DNA of 64,000 nucleotides from the NCBI GenBank assembly GCA_048938105.1, contig JBHLMN010000009.1, positions 169,270 to 233,269 of the forward strand. Reading direction: 5' to 3'. Under the pieces are notes generated by a model, which was not told the origin of the DNA, ran no database searches, and worked only from the letters and a program-made list of their open reading frames with translations. A program made the position numbers and the translations under genes. This DNA comes from Promethearchaeota archaeon. Its GTDB lineage: Archaea > Asgardarchaeota > Heimdallarchaeia > Hodarchaeales > Hodarchaeaceae. Below, in pieces: positions 1-9,785 of this stretch. Each line of letters opens with the position of its first letter. Position 1 is the stretch's first letter.

Positions 1-2342
1 ACCGCTTTAGGAATAGTTTCCGCCTTCAATCCGCCCGCTACTGCAATAGGAATCTTGATTGTTTCCCTTAATTTCTTTAATGTGGGAAATGGAATTTTAT
101 CAAAATCTGAACGCAATTGTTGGTCAATACCAATATGTAATCCAATGATATCGACTCCTAGTTTTTCTAAATGAATAGCTCGGTTGATAGGATCTTGGAC
201 GCCAATAAGATCTGCAAAGATTTTAACATCAAATTTCTTCCCTGCCCCAACCGCATCTTTAATAGTACTATCAGGAGCTATCCCTAAGATGCAAATAACA
301 TCAGCACCTGCTAACGCAGCCATCTCTGTTTCTAGGTAGCTAGCATCCATTGTTTTGAGGTCTGCAACAATTATTTTATGAGGAAAAAGCTCTCGTAATT
401 TTCGTACAGATTCCATACCAGTAGCTTTAATCAATGGAGTTCCTGCTTCAATCCAATCTACTCCTCCAAGTGCACTTTTTTGAGCAATTTTAAGCGCCTC
501 ATTGAGATCTCTGAGATCTAAAGCGATTTGTAGTTTTGTGCTGGTTTGAATAGGTTGAATGGATAGTTCTTTTAATTTACGCTCTGAAGGGACACCCAAT
601 TCATCCCAACCGCGGATGTGATAATATTCCTTGAGAAGATTGTGAATATTTACTTTGTGACCTTTTGCTGGCCCTTCAGGTAATGGTTCATTCAGAAATC
701 TTGGGGAGAGATTATCATGGTCTCTTGTTAGCCCTTCTCGGATATTAAATAAGCGTTCTAAATTATAAATTCTTTCACCAATTCTTTTTAATTCTTTTTC
801 ATCAATATAAAAACCAGTAGCAGTAGTTAAAAGCTTCGCATAGATATCAACCTCACACTTTAATGTTGTGAATACCGCCAATGATGTGAATTTGCACCAT
901 TCAGCTGAATCTAGTACTGCAAATACATCTTGCATTTCTTTAACCAATTCTGCTTTTCCTTCCTCAGTAAAGGGATCAACAAAATGAGGTAAGCTTAAAA
1001 CCTCTTGAATAACCGTATAACCTTTTAAATGAGTTCCCCCACTGTTTGAAGTGGCATAACTTAGTGCCATCCCTTTAATCCCTCTTGGATCATATGCAGG
1101 CATTTCAAGTCCTTTAACATGACAGGCAAATGATTGTGATCCCTTCCCAATCCGTTTAGCGGCTTTTTGTACTCCATTCGCTAATAAATCACCCTCATCC
1201 TTCCTAATAGCAATATTTTCGATTAATGATAGTAATGCTTGACCATCTCCAAATGATATAGAGTTAGATATAATTCCTTTGTCACAACACTCCATGAACC
1301 ATCCAATAGTATTCCCTGTAGAAATAGTATCTAATCCAAGTTGGTTACAAAGAGAATTGGCTTTAAAAATGGTTTCTAAATCGCTTATACCACAATTAGG
1401 ACCTAATGCCCATAAAGATTCAAATTCAGGACCGTGTGTTTCGATATCTTTATATTTCATTATACGACCGCAGGCAATAGGACACCCATGGCAAGGTTTT
1501 CTCTTTACTAAATATTCCTTGAGGGTTTCTCCTGCTATTTCACGCACATTCCCGAAAATGCCAGTACTGTAATTTCTTACAGGGAGAACCCCGTGTTTGT
1601 TGACAATATTAACTAGAATAGGCGTACCATACAATCTCATCCCTGTTCCCGTCACTGGGTGACCCTTCAAGGTTTCTATGAATTTCATTTGGATCTTTTG
1701 AAACGCATATTCGTTGACAGGCATAACTTTACCAGATCCATGAACAACAATAGCTTTGAGATTTTTTGAACCCCATACTGCTCCGATACCCCCTCTACCT
1801 GCGGTTCTTGTGTCATTGATAACACAAGCAAAATGTACTAAATTTTCTCCTGCTGGGCCTATCGCGGCAACAGAGTGATTTGTATGGATCTCTTTTAGTA
1901 TTTTAATTGTTTCATTTATTGTTTTGCCCCACAAACTCGAAGCATCTTGAATGGAAACGTTATCATCATCAACTAAGAGATATACAGGAGTTTTTGACGA
2001 ATTCTCAATAATAATCCCATCATAACCAGCACGTTTCAACTCAATTCCTAATCTACCACCGCAATGAGTGTCATTTAATGTTTTTTCAGTTAAAGGGCTT
2101 TTGAAAATCATACACCATCGAGACGAAGTTGGAGAAGTAGTTCCTGTCATTGGGCCCGTTAAGAGCACTAGTTTGTTATCGGGACTTAACGGATCTATTC
2201 CTGGTTTTAGTTCATCATAAAGGATTTTAATACCGTAACCTCTTCCTCCAAGGTATTTTTGCGCAGTATCGAGGTCTAATGGTTCCTTTTGGATTTTTTT
2301 TGTCATTATATTGATTCTTAAAATCTGTTTAGCATATGTCAG
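1..2342 (-). CDS. Fusion: W/Mo aldehyde:ferredoxin oxidoreductase (AOR family, about 2342-560) plus 3-hexulose-6-phosphate synthase domain (about 540-1); runs off the window edge
   Basis: Manual translation of the minus strand. AOR motifs YLGGRGYG, TAGRGGIGAVWGSKNLKAIVV, CHGCPIACGR, QLGLDTISTG, EMPAYDPRG and EYYHIRGWDELGVP continue in frame into HPS motifs KLQIALD, IEAGTPLIK, ADLKTMDA, HIGIDQQ and AVAGG. Absent from the ORF track, consistent with no stop inside the window. Start (CTG at 2342) is approximate. Confidence 0.9.
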   Translation of the reverse strand, partial: MTYAKQILRINIMTKKIQKEPLDLDTAQKYLGGRGYGIKILYDELKPGIDPLSPDNKLVLLTGPMTGTTSPTSSRWCMIFKSPLTEKTLNDTHCGGRLGIELKRAGYDGIIIENSSKTPVYLLVDDDNVSIQDASSLWGKTINETIKILKEIHTNHSVAAIGPAGENLVHFACVINDTRTAGRGGIGAVWGSKNLKAIVVHGSGKVMPVNEYAFQKIQMKFIETLKGHPVTGTGMRLYGTPILVNIVNKHGVLPVRNYSTGIFGNVREIAGETLKEYLVKRKPCHGCPIACGRIMKYKDIETHGPEFESLWALGPNCGISDLETIFKANSLCNQLGLDTISTGNTIGWFMECCDKGIISNSISFGDGQALLSLIENIAIRKDEGDLLANGVQKAAKRIGKGSQSFACHVKGLEMPAYDPRGIKGMALSYATSNSGGTHLKGYTVIQEVLSLPHFVDPFTEEGKAELVKEMQDVFAVLDSAEWCKFTSLAVFTTLKCEVDIYAKLLTTATGFYIDEKELKRIGERIYNLERLFNIREGLTRDHDNLSPRFLNEPLPEGPAKGHKVNIHNLLKEYYHIRGWDELGVPSERKLKELSIQPIQTSTKLQIALDLRDLNEALKIAQKSALGGVDWIEAGTPLIKATGMESVRKLRELFPHKIIVADLKTMDASYLETEMAALAGADVICILGIAPDSTIKDAVGAGKKFDVKIFADLIGVQDPINRAIHLEKLGVDIIGLHIGIDQQLRSDFDKIPFPTLKKLRETIKIPIAVAGGLKAETIPKA

Positions 2343-2584
2343 TGTTTTAACCCACCATTGATCTCCTATAATACTTACATAATTCGATAACAACGCCTCA
2401 TGAAAATCTTGTAATGATTTATAAAAGAAATTCACTCTTTCTAAAAAATTCAATAGCTCTCTCATTAATGATTAATCAATATAAGCAAGTTGAATTTTCT
2501 TAAGAAAACATCCTACCAAAATGGTAAATCCTTTATTCATTATCCAAAATGAGGTTTTTATCTTTGAAATGGTGATGAATAATT

Positions 2585-3697
2585 TTGTACGCGGATTATA
2601 ATGAAAAATTAGCGAAATTAATAGCTCAATACGCTGTAAATGTCCAACCAAACGATCTTGTAATGATCCAAGCTCCAATTAATGCAGAAAATCTTGTCAG
2701 GGAAGTTTATAGAGAGGTTATACAAGCAGGAGGTCACATTCTAAGGATGAAGCTTTCATTCGATAGTCAAGATGAAATGATGTATAAATTAGCTACTGAT
2801 GAACAACTGACATACGTTGACGACCTTGAGGTAGAATACTGGAAAAAAGCAGACGTCCTGATAGCTATTCACTCTGATTACAATACTCGAGCTTTAACAA
2901 ATGTCCCCGCAGAGAAAAAAGTAATGGTGAGACAAGCTCGAGAGGAGATTACTAAAATATATCTTGAAAGAGCCGCAAAGAAGGAATTGAGATGGAATTT
3001 AAGTCCATACCCTTGTGATGCATTTTCTCAAGAAGCAAATATGGGGAGACTAGAATACTTAGAATTCGTATATAAAGCACTGAATCTGCATCAAAGTGAC
3101 TCTATAGAGTTTTGGAAACGTATTGAAGCAAATCAAGAAGACATTGTTAATATTTTAGACAAAGGTAAAGAATTCCGGATTATAGGAGAAGATACCGATT
3201 TAACATTAGCGATTGAGAATCGTAAGTGGAAAAATTGTTGTGGCCATGAGAATCTTCCTGATGGGGAGGTCTTTACAGGACCACATGAAGATGGGGTAAA
3301 TGGAAACATAAGATTCACATATCCTGGAATATATGAGGGACAAGAGGTTGAGGACATCTTTTTATCCTTCAAAGAGGGTAAAGTTGTGGACTTTGACGCT
3401 GCAAAGGGAAAAGATCTCTTAAAGAAGATGCTTACCATCCCAAATGCGAATATTCTCGGAGAGCTGGCCGTAGGAACTAATTTTGGTATAACTAAATTTA
3501 CTAAGAATATGCTTTTTGATGAAAAAATGGGTGGAACCATTCACCTTGCCTTAGGCTCTGGTTACCCTGAAACTGGTTCAAAAAACCAATCATCTATTCA
3601 TTGGGATATACTAAAAGACATGAAAGGTTCTGAAGCAAAAATTCTTCTTGATAGTGAGGTTATCTATCAAGCAGGAAAGTGGTTAATTCCTAAATAA
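2585..3697 (+). CDS. Aminopeptidase, M29 (AmpS/AmpT) family
   Basis: NLPDGEVFTGP, LFDEKMGGTIHLALG and IHWD motifs. Confidence 0.92.
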   Translation: MYADYNEKLAKLIAQYAVNVQPNDLVMIQAPINAENLVREVYREVIQAGGHILRMKLSFDSQDEMMYKLATDEQLTYVDDLEVEYWKKADVLIAIHSDYNTRALTNVPAEKKVMVRQAREEITKIYLERAAKKELRWNLSPYPCDAFSQEANMGRLEYLEFVYKALNLHQSDSIEFWKRIEANQEDIVNILDKGKEFRIIGEDTDLTLAIENRKWKNCCGHENLPDGEVFTGPHEDGVNGNIRFTYPGIYEGQEVEDIFLSFKEGKVVDFDAAKGKDLLKKMLTIPNANILGELAVGTNFGITKFTKNMLFDEKMGGTIHLALGSGYPETGSKNQSSIHWDILKDMKGSEAKILLDSEVIYQAGKWLIPK

Positions 3698-3703
3698 ATC
3701 TAA

Positions 3704-6019
3704 TTATGATAGATGAATAACCTCACCACTTTGAAGAGATTTGAGAGCTGCACAAGCCACTCGAAGGGCCAATATTCCATCTTGAATGGGTATTGGACTT
3801 GGGTTATCATTCAATATAGCCTTAGCGAAAGCACTAACTTGTTCAACAAAAAATGGGAGTTGATCAATTTCTTCAAAAGTAGGTTCAGATCCATCCAATT
3901 CTGTATTCTTGATTGAGGGTTGCTTGGAGGGATCAATTCTGATTGTACCATCTTCACCATAAATTATCATTCCAGTATTGCTTCCTACCTGATCTGTTAG
4001 ATCTGGTTCAGACCAAGATGCTTCAATAGTAATAAGGACTCCAGATTTTGACCGAAGACTAATTTGCACTGTATCCCAGGTTTTTATTTCGGGATAAACT
4101 CTATTTGAGCCAATTGCATAAACAGTTGTTATTGGATCAGCAGGCCCTAGAAACCATTGCACTAAATCAATATCATGGATTGCTAGATCGACAGCTATTC
4201 CTCCACTTTTTGTTTCATCCCAAAACCACTTAGAAGAGGGAGGACCACGACCCCGACGATGAGCATGAATAGAAACTATGGGGCCAAGCTCGCCTTTGTC
4301 AATTACCTTTTTTGCTGCAGAATAATGGGAAATGAACCGACAAATCATTGCAACCATTAATTTAACATTATTGTCTCGTAATATTCCTGAAATTTCCTCT
4401 AATTCATCCGGATGTAACAAGATGGGTTTTTCACATAAGATATGTTTCCCTGCCTTTGCTGCAGCAATAATATATTTCTTATGTACAAAGGTTGGAACAC
4501 AAATCGATACTGCTCTCAATTCAGGGTCTTGAAGGGCTTCTAGATAGTTTTCATAGATGTTAATCACTCCAAAGAATAAAGCTGCTCCTTGAAGGGCTAA
4601 TGGGTTTCTGGTAGCTATTGAATGTAATTCTGTCCAAGAACAAGCTGAGTATGCTGCAGCATGTATTTGGCCAATTCCCCCTAATCCAATTATACCGACT
4701 TTTAAGGGATTCATGACCTTTGGAACATCTTTAATGAGTTCCTGAATTTTTGGGGTTGTACCTGTAGAAATCATGGTTCCAATGATTCTACTCTCAATTT
4801 CTAGATCAATATTCAGAATTATCTCCATCTCTTGAAGAAATTTCGCTGCCACTAATGATAATTCAATGTAGGATAATTGATGCCAATTGGGAAGCCCAAT
4901 GATGTTTTCAGCTATTTTATCAGTATTAGGACAGTTTGGTTCGTTGTAGACTGCTTCCTCCTCCAAAAAAGGACATGTAAACGGACATTTACGTTCCCCG
5001 TATCCCTTTTGTTCTTGGAAAAGAGGAGAAGTATAGAGACCAGCGGGATAAATCAATTGAGTGATCTGAAAGTCACGGTTCAAATGGTCAGCTAATTCTT
5101 TCCCAGTCATTCCAACAATTGAAGGATCAATTTGGATTGCATACGCATGAAAAACATGTTTTCCATACTCTGGTACTTGAGGTAATCTTACTCCTGGGAT
5201 GTCTTTTAGTAGTGAATTTAAGTATAGAGAGTTTTTAATCCGCCCTTCGTTCATTTTTTCAAGTTTTTTTAACTGTTCTATCCCTATAGCTGCTTGTATC
5301 GTTGTCATTCGATAATTAAATCCTAATCTCTCATATTTATACCAAGAAGGCTCCCCATGATGTCTAACCAATCGACATTGTTTTGCAAAATCGTCATCAT
5401 CAGTAATTATAATACCACCCTCTCCTGTCATCATATTCTTTGATTCAAAGAAACTGAAACATCCCGCTTTTCCAAGACTCCCCACTTTTTTTCCTTTGTA
5501 TTCAGCCCCATGAGCCTGACATGCATCTTCAATTACTATAAGATTATGTTGTTGAGCAATTTTAATAATGGGATCCATATCTGCAGGATGACCAAAAAGA
5601 TGTACAGGAATAATAGCCTTGGTTCGATCTGTTATTTTATTTAGCAAATCAGTAGGATCCATACAAAAGGAAGTTGGATCAATATCTACAAACACAGGAA
5701 TAGCATTTTGATGTAACACAGCAGTTGCTGTGGCAACGAAGGTATATGGAGGGATTAAAACCTCATCACCAGCCCCTACTCCAGCAGCAGCTAAAGACGC
5801 ATGTAGTGCAGCTGTTCCAGAACTAACAGCTATAGCTTGCCTAATATCCATGTAGCTGGCGAAATCAGCTTCAAATTCTTCAATTTCAGTACCACTCATG
5901 AATGTCAATCGTTTATTGCGCATTACTCTTTTTACAGCAAGAATTTCTTCCCGTTCTACTTTACGATCCATTGGAAATAAATCGTGTGGTTTAATTTTAC
6001 GAGTCATAAACGCACTCAA
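3704..6019 (-). CDS. Fusion: DegT/DnrJ/EryC1/StrS PLP aminotransferase plus Gfo/Idh/MocA NAD(P) oxidoreductase
   Basis: N-half has SSGTAALH, IEDACQAHGA, FSFFESKNMMTGEGG (PLP Lys) and GFNYRM; C-half has VGIIGLGGIG, HILCEKP and DLAIHDID. Confidence 0.92.
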   Translation of the reverse strand: MSAFMTRKIKPHDLFPMDRKVEREEILAVKRVMRNKRLTFMSGTEIEEFEADFASYMDIRQAIAVSSGTAALHASLAAAGVGAGDEVLIPPYTFVATATAVLHQNAIPVFVDIDPTSFCMDPTDLLNKITDRTKAIIPVHLFGHPADMDPIIKIAQQHNLIVIEDACQAHGAEYKGKKVGSLGKAGCFSFFESKNMMTGEGGIIITDDDDFAKQCRLVRHHGEPSWYKYERLGFNYRMTTIQAAIGIEQLKKLEKMNEGRIKNSLYLNSLLKDIPGVRLPQVPEYGKHVFHAYAIQIDPSIVGMTGKELADHLNRDFQITQLIYPAGLYTSPLFQEQKGYGERKCPFTCPFLEEEAVYNEPNCPNTDKIAENIIGLPNWHQLSYIELSLVAAKFLQEMEIILNIDLEIESRIIGTMISTGTTPKIQELIKDVPKVMNPLKVGIIGLGGIGQIHAAAYSACSWTELHSIATRNPLALQGAALFFGVINIYENYLEALQDPELRAVSICVPTFVHKKYIIAAAKAGKHILCEKPILLHPDELEEISGILRDNNVKLMVAMICRFISHYSAAKKVIDKGELGPIVSIHAHRRGRGPPSSKWFWDETKSGGIAVDLAIHDIDLVQWFLGPADPITTVYAIGSNRVYPEIKTWDTVQISLRSKSGVLITIEASWSEPDLTDQVGSNTGMIIYGEDGTIRIDPSKQPSIKNTELDGSEPTFEEIDQLPFFVEQVSAFAKAILNDNPSPIPIQDGILALRVACAALKSLQSGEVIHLS

Positions 6020-6226
6020 CTCTTTTAATCTTTTAACTTAGTAAATATCTAGTTTTGGTTACAATTCGGTCTCTTCAATGCTTGAATAGCTAATTTATGT
6101 TTTTAGCCTTATACGATTCAATCACTAATCAAAATTCCGATTTTAATTTCAAAATCATTTTATTCTAAACAATTATTTGATTCAATATTCGCCTTAACTT
6201 GATAGCTTTATGCGACCTAATCAGCT

Positions 6227-6239
6227 GAAAGTTTATATA
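6227..6239 (+). promoter_or_regulatory. Putative BRE-TATA promoter upstream of ssb
   Basis: GAAAG-TTTATATA matches the archaeal BRE/TATA consensus; implies a long 5' leader. Confidence 0.4.
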
Positions 6240-6399
6240 GTATCATTAGATGAAATAACATAAGCCCAACTTCTAGAATAAAAGAGTAATTGTGCGAATG
6301 GAACAATTTAAGTCTCAAAAGTCAGTAGAGACCAAAAATTAGAACATGTAGGATAATTTTGCTTTTTTTAAAGGATTTGGGTTCTATTCGTCGTTAGAT

Positions 6400-6918
6400 G
6401 TGTATAAAATGTCGTATGAAATAGAAGATGAGACGCATGACGTCCAAATTGAAGAGGTTAAGCCTCTCGAAAAAAGATTAAATGTCGTTTTTCAGGTCAC
6501 CGATATTGGTGAAGAAAGAGAAATTAACAAAAGATCAGGGGAAACTCATAGAGTGTGTGACTTCACGGTCGCTGATCAGACCGCTTCTATAACCTTAACG
6601 TTATGGAATGAAGATATTGATGCACTCGAAGTTGGAAAAGTATACAAACTTAGTAATGGTTTTGCTAATGTTTTTCAGAATTCTCTGCGATTATCAAAGG
6701 GGAAATTTGGTTCGATAGCTGAAGATTCAACAGTCTTTGAAGAAATTAACCAGGATAACAATAAGTCTTCTGAATACGTTGAAGACCCTCGTAGGAGAAC
6801 CTATAGGCAACGAGGAAGTTATGGCAGCCGAGGTGGCTATGGCAGTGGAGGAAGATCATCTAGTTATGGTGATCGCCGTTCTCGAAATTCCGATCGGGAC
6901 TCTCGTTCACGTTGGTAA
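6400..6918 (+). CDS. ssb: Single-OB-fold single-stranded DNA-binding protein with R/G/S/Y-rich tail (likely start ATG 6409)
   Basis: VADQTASITLTLWNE, GKVYKLSNGF and LRLSKGKFGSI are typical of Sulfolobus SSB/hSSB1-type OB folds. Confidence 0.88.
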   Translation: MYKMSYEIEDETHDVQIEEVKPLEKRLNVVFQVTDIGEEREINKRSGETHRVCDFTVADQTASITLTLWNEDIDALEVGKVYKLSNGFANVFQNSLRLSKGKFGSIAEDSTVFEEINQDNNKSSEYVEDPRRRTYRQRGSYGSRGGYGSGGRSSSYGDRRSRNSDRDSRSRW

Positions 6919-6989
6919 TCATATTAATTCTTTTTGGGATAGACAAAGAACAGCCAATTATAAATTCCGTACTTTTTAATACAAATTAT

Positions 6990-7021
6990 CACTCGTGAAT
7001 CCACACGAGTGTACTTTTTTT
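6990..7021 (+). terminator. Hairpin plus T-tract between convergent genes
   Basis: Perfect 8-bp stem CACTCGTG-aatcca-CACGAGTG followed by TACTTTTTTT. Confidence 0.5.
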
Positions 7022-7076
7022 CCTTAATGGATCTTTTTGTCTTTTCTTAGTTCCATTCCCAATTTTTTAGCTATAA

Positions 7077-7889
7077 TCATTTATTCTTACGGAATTGTTC
7101 AGCAGCAACCAAAGCTCTTGTAGTATCCACTTTAACTTTCTTTTGAGCCCAAAATAAATCAATACCTCCTGCTAAAAGGGCACAAATGAAAAATGACCAT
7201 ACAAATGGATTGATTATTCCAATTAATAATTCAACTATCATTTTGGACCAGAGGATAATCAAAGAATACCCAAAAGAAATGAAAATATAGCTCATTGTAT
7301 CAATATAAAGCCAGTTCTTTATCCATTCAACCCCCGCAAACTCAATATACGCTCCAACAAAACAAGCAATAAACATTAAGCCCAAGCTGTTTGAAGCAAG
7401 AAAAGCAAGGAATGTAAAGATAACTCGGGCAAATAAAAAATATTGGTCTTTGCGTGTTTCTCCAAACTTCCATTCAAAAAAGAAAGTAGGCAGAATAAAT
7501 ACTACTCCAGGTAGAAATGCAGCCTCAGGGAGAGCTATGACCACTTTCCCAATATTATAAGTAAAAATGGAAACCATTCCCCACGCGAAGCCGACATACG
7601 CCGAGTAACCATAATTTGGATCCCATGGATGATATTTCCACTTTTTAGAGTTAACGCCCCAATAATCGGTAATGTAACCTACTGTTAAACCAAAGAAGAA
7701 GAAAAACCATTCATCCCAACCTGGTTGTGCGATGATACCATAACACACCATGTATATTGTGCCTAACACAAGACAGATCCAGTCATTCTGAGTTTTGTTA
7801 TTTAACCATAAAACAAAGGGAACTCCAGCGAGAAAGAAGATTAGATTAAATAAAGGGATAAAAGGAGCGAGTTGAGTAAAAAGAACCAT
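7077..7889 (-). CDS. Polytopic membrane protein with internal duplication (D/E-x-x-GV...W-x-Y motif twice)
   Basis: About 8 hydrophobic segments; GYITDYWGVNSKKWKY vs GAYIEFAGVEWIKNWLY. Confidence 0.75.
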   Translation of the reverse strand: MVLFTQLAPFIPLFNLIFFLAGVPFVLWLNNKTQNDWICLVLGTIYMVCYGIIAQPGWDEWFFFFFGLTVGYITDYWGVNSKKWKYHPWDPNYGYSAYVGFAWGMVSIFTYNIGKVVIALPEAAFLPGVVFILPTFFFEWKFGETRKDQYFLFARVIFTFLAFLASNSLGLMFIACFVGAYIEFAGVEWIKNWLYIDTMSYIFISFGYSLIILWSKMIVELLIGIINPFVWSFFICALLAGGIDLFWAQKKVKVDTTRALVAAEQFRKNK

Positions 7890-8129
7890 TATATTATCAC
7901 TTCAAAAGGAACAATAATTTTAATATAGTTTCTGATTGTTCTAAAAGCATTCAACCAACCTGATAAATCTATCTAAGATTTTTCGATAATAGTACTAGTC
8001 ATGAAATTTGCAATGAATAACAATAGAAAGTCACCAGTAATTTATACCTTAGAATTCTTATTTCATAGGGTGGTCAATTTAAGTAACTAGTAAAAACATT
8101 GTTTCAGATCAATTGATCAGGATCATTCT

Positions 8130-8483
8130 TTGGGGATGATAAATGTGGCCCGAATAATCGATGAGAAAGAATTTGCAGACATTATTAAGACTAATACACA
8201 ATCGAATTCATCCCGGCCCTTAGTTGTGGATTGTTTTACCGATTGGTGTCCCCCATGTAAAGCAAGTGCTCCTATCTTTGAGCAATTTAGTCAGAAATAT
8301 ACTGAAGCCGATTTTGTGAAAATAAATGTAGATAAAAACCAGGGAGTAGCTATAAAATTACGGGTTCAAGGTGTCCCAACTTTTGCAATAATAATAGGTA
8401 ATAGATTAGTTTCTAAGATTGTAGGTGCAGATATGAGAAAACTGGAGAGAGAAATTAAAAAAGCAATTAATGGAAAAGAATAA
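8130..8483 (+). CDS. trxA: Thioredoxin
   Basis: WCPPC active site, FVKINVD, GVPTF. Confidence 0.9.
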   Translation: MGMINVARIIDEKEFADIIKTNTQSNSSRPLVVDCFTDWCPPCKASAPIFEQFSQKYTEADFVKINVDKNQGVAIKLRVQGVPTFAIIIGNRLVSKIVGADMRKLEREIKKAINGKE

Positions 8484-8850
8484 ATAATTTTCCCGTTAAA
8501 ATCTCCGATATGTTGAATATTCTAATCGGTCTATTGTTTTATTTTCTAATTTCCAATTAAATCTTAAATTATTTCTTCTTTCCCAACTATTTTAAGTTTC
8601 AAAAGGATTAATTAGGTTTTAAGTGTTTTTCAGAAATAAGAAAAGTATTTTCGATCGTCTCGAGAATAGTATGATTTTATATGGATTTATACTTTATAAG
8701 AAAGAGGAGATAAATTTAAGATATCAAAAACAAAATTGTTTCTCAACCACCTTATTAATTTCAAAAAAAATAGCTATCAAGTTCATTCATCAATGATCGA
8801 TTAAGAATTAACTTCAGATAATCATTAAATTTCCTTATGAGGGCTAAGTT

Positions 8851-9747
8851 TTGGTTAGAGATTATTATGACGCTCTTGGAGTTTCTCGTGATGCAGATCT
8901 ATCAGCAATCAAAAAAGCATATCGTAAGATGGCTTTGAAATACCATCCTGACAGAGCGAAGGACAGTGGAATGGATCCGAAGGCTGCAGAGGAAAAATTT
9001 AAAGAGATCTCTGAAGCTTATTCAGTCCTTTCAGATAAAGAAAAAAGAAAACAATATGATATGTTTGGACATGACGCTTTTTCACAATACGGACGAGGAG
9101 GGAAGGGGGGATTTAGGATGGATATTGATCCATTTGAAATTTTTTCACAATTTTTTGGTGGGGATGATATTTTCTCATCTTTTGGAACAAGAGGATCACC
9201 ATTTTCAAGCCGAGGAACTCCTTTCAGCAGAACTCAACCACCACAAAGAGGTACAGATGTGAAAATCTCCCTTAACATTAAGATATCAGAGATTGAAGGG
9301 AGAACAACGAATTTGAAGAAAACTATTAGTCTAAAACGTAAATATCAGGATGGAACCGTTAAGAAAGAAAAAATCCGCATCCCAATTCCCTCAAACATTG
9401 AAAATGGAAAAGTATTGCGCATAGCTGGGAAGGGAAATCAGGGTAAAATGGGAGGGCCTTCTGGAGATTTATTAATTGAAATTTCCTTAATAGATGACAT
9501 ACTAGAGATACCTGTATCTGTTTTTTTGGCCATTCGAGGTTCGGATCTTACGATCAAGACCCCTCTAGGGGATCAATTATCAGGAACTATTCCGAGAAAT
9601 ACGAGAGAAAATGCCATACTTACTTTTATTACTGCTGATGGTCAGAGTAAGAAAGTTAGAGTGAAATATCGGTATCCAAAGACTCTATCAGAGAGTCAGG
9701 AAGATCTTTTAACAAAATTACTTGAGCTTGATAGGAAGAAGGAATAA
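8851..9747 (+). CDS. Class B J-domain protein (DnaJ/CbpA-like, no zinc finger)
   Basis: [15 protein letters not shown]-rich region, C-terminal LRIAGKG...GDLLI; no CxxCxGxG repeats. Confidence 0.9.
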   Translation: MVRDYYDALGVSRDADLSAIKKAYRKMALKYHPDRAKDSGMDPKAAEEKFKEISEAYSVLSDKEKRKQYDMFGHDAFSQYGRGGKGGFRMDIDPFEIFSQFFGGDDIFSSFGTRGSPFSSRGTPFSRTQPPQRGTDVKISLNIKISEIEGRTTNLKKTISLKRKYQDGTVKKEKIRIPIPSNIENGKVLRIAGKGNQGKMGGPSGDLLIEISLIDDILEIPVSVFLAIRGSDLTIKTPLGDQLSGTIPRNTRENAILTFITADGQSKKVRVKYRYPKTLSESQEDLLTKLLELDRKKE

Positions 9748-9785
9748 ATTCATTCCATTTTAAACGTTTTTCCAGATTCAATTCC

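Noticed and set aside
1279-1572. 97-aa plus-strand ORF
   Set aside because: Antisense shadow of the AOR-HPS gene
3133-3540. 135-aa minus-strand ORF and similar short antisense or overlapping ORFs throughout (e.g. 24473, 45997, 50323)
   Set aside because: Lie within well-supported genes and have no motifs
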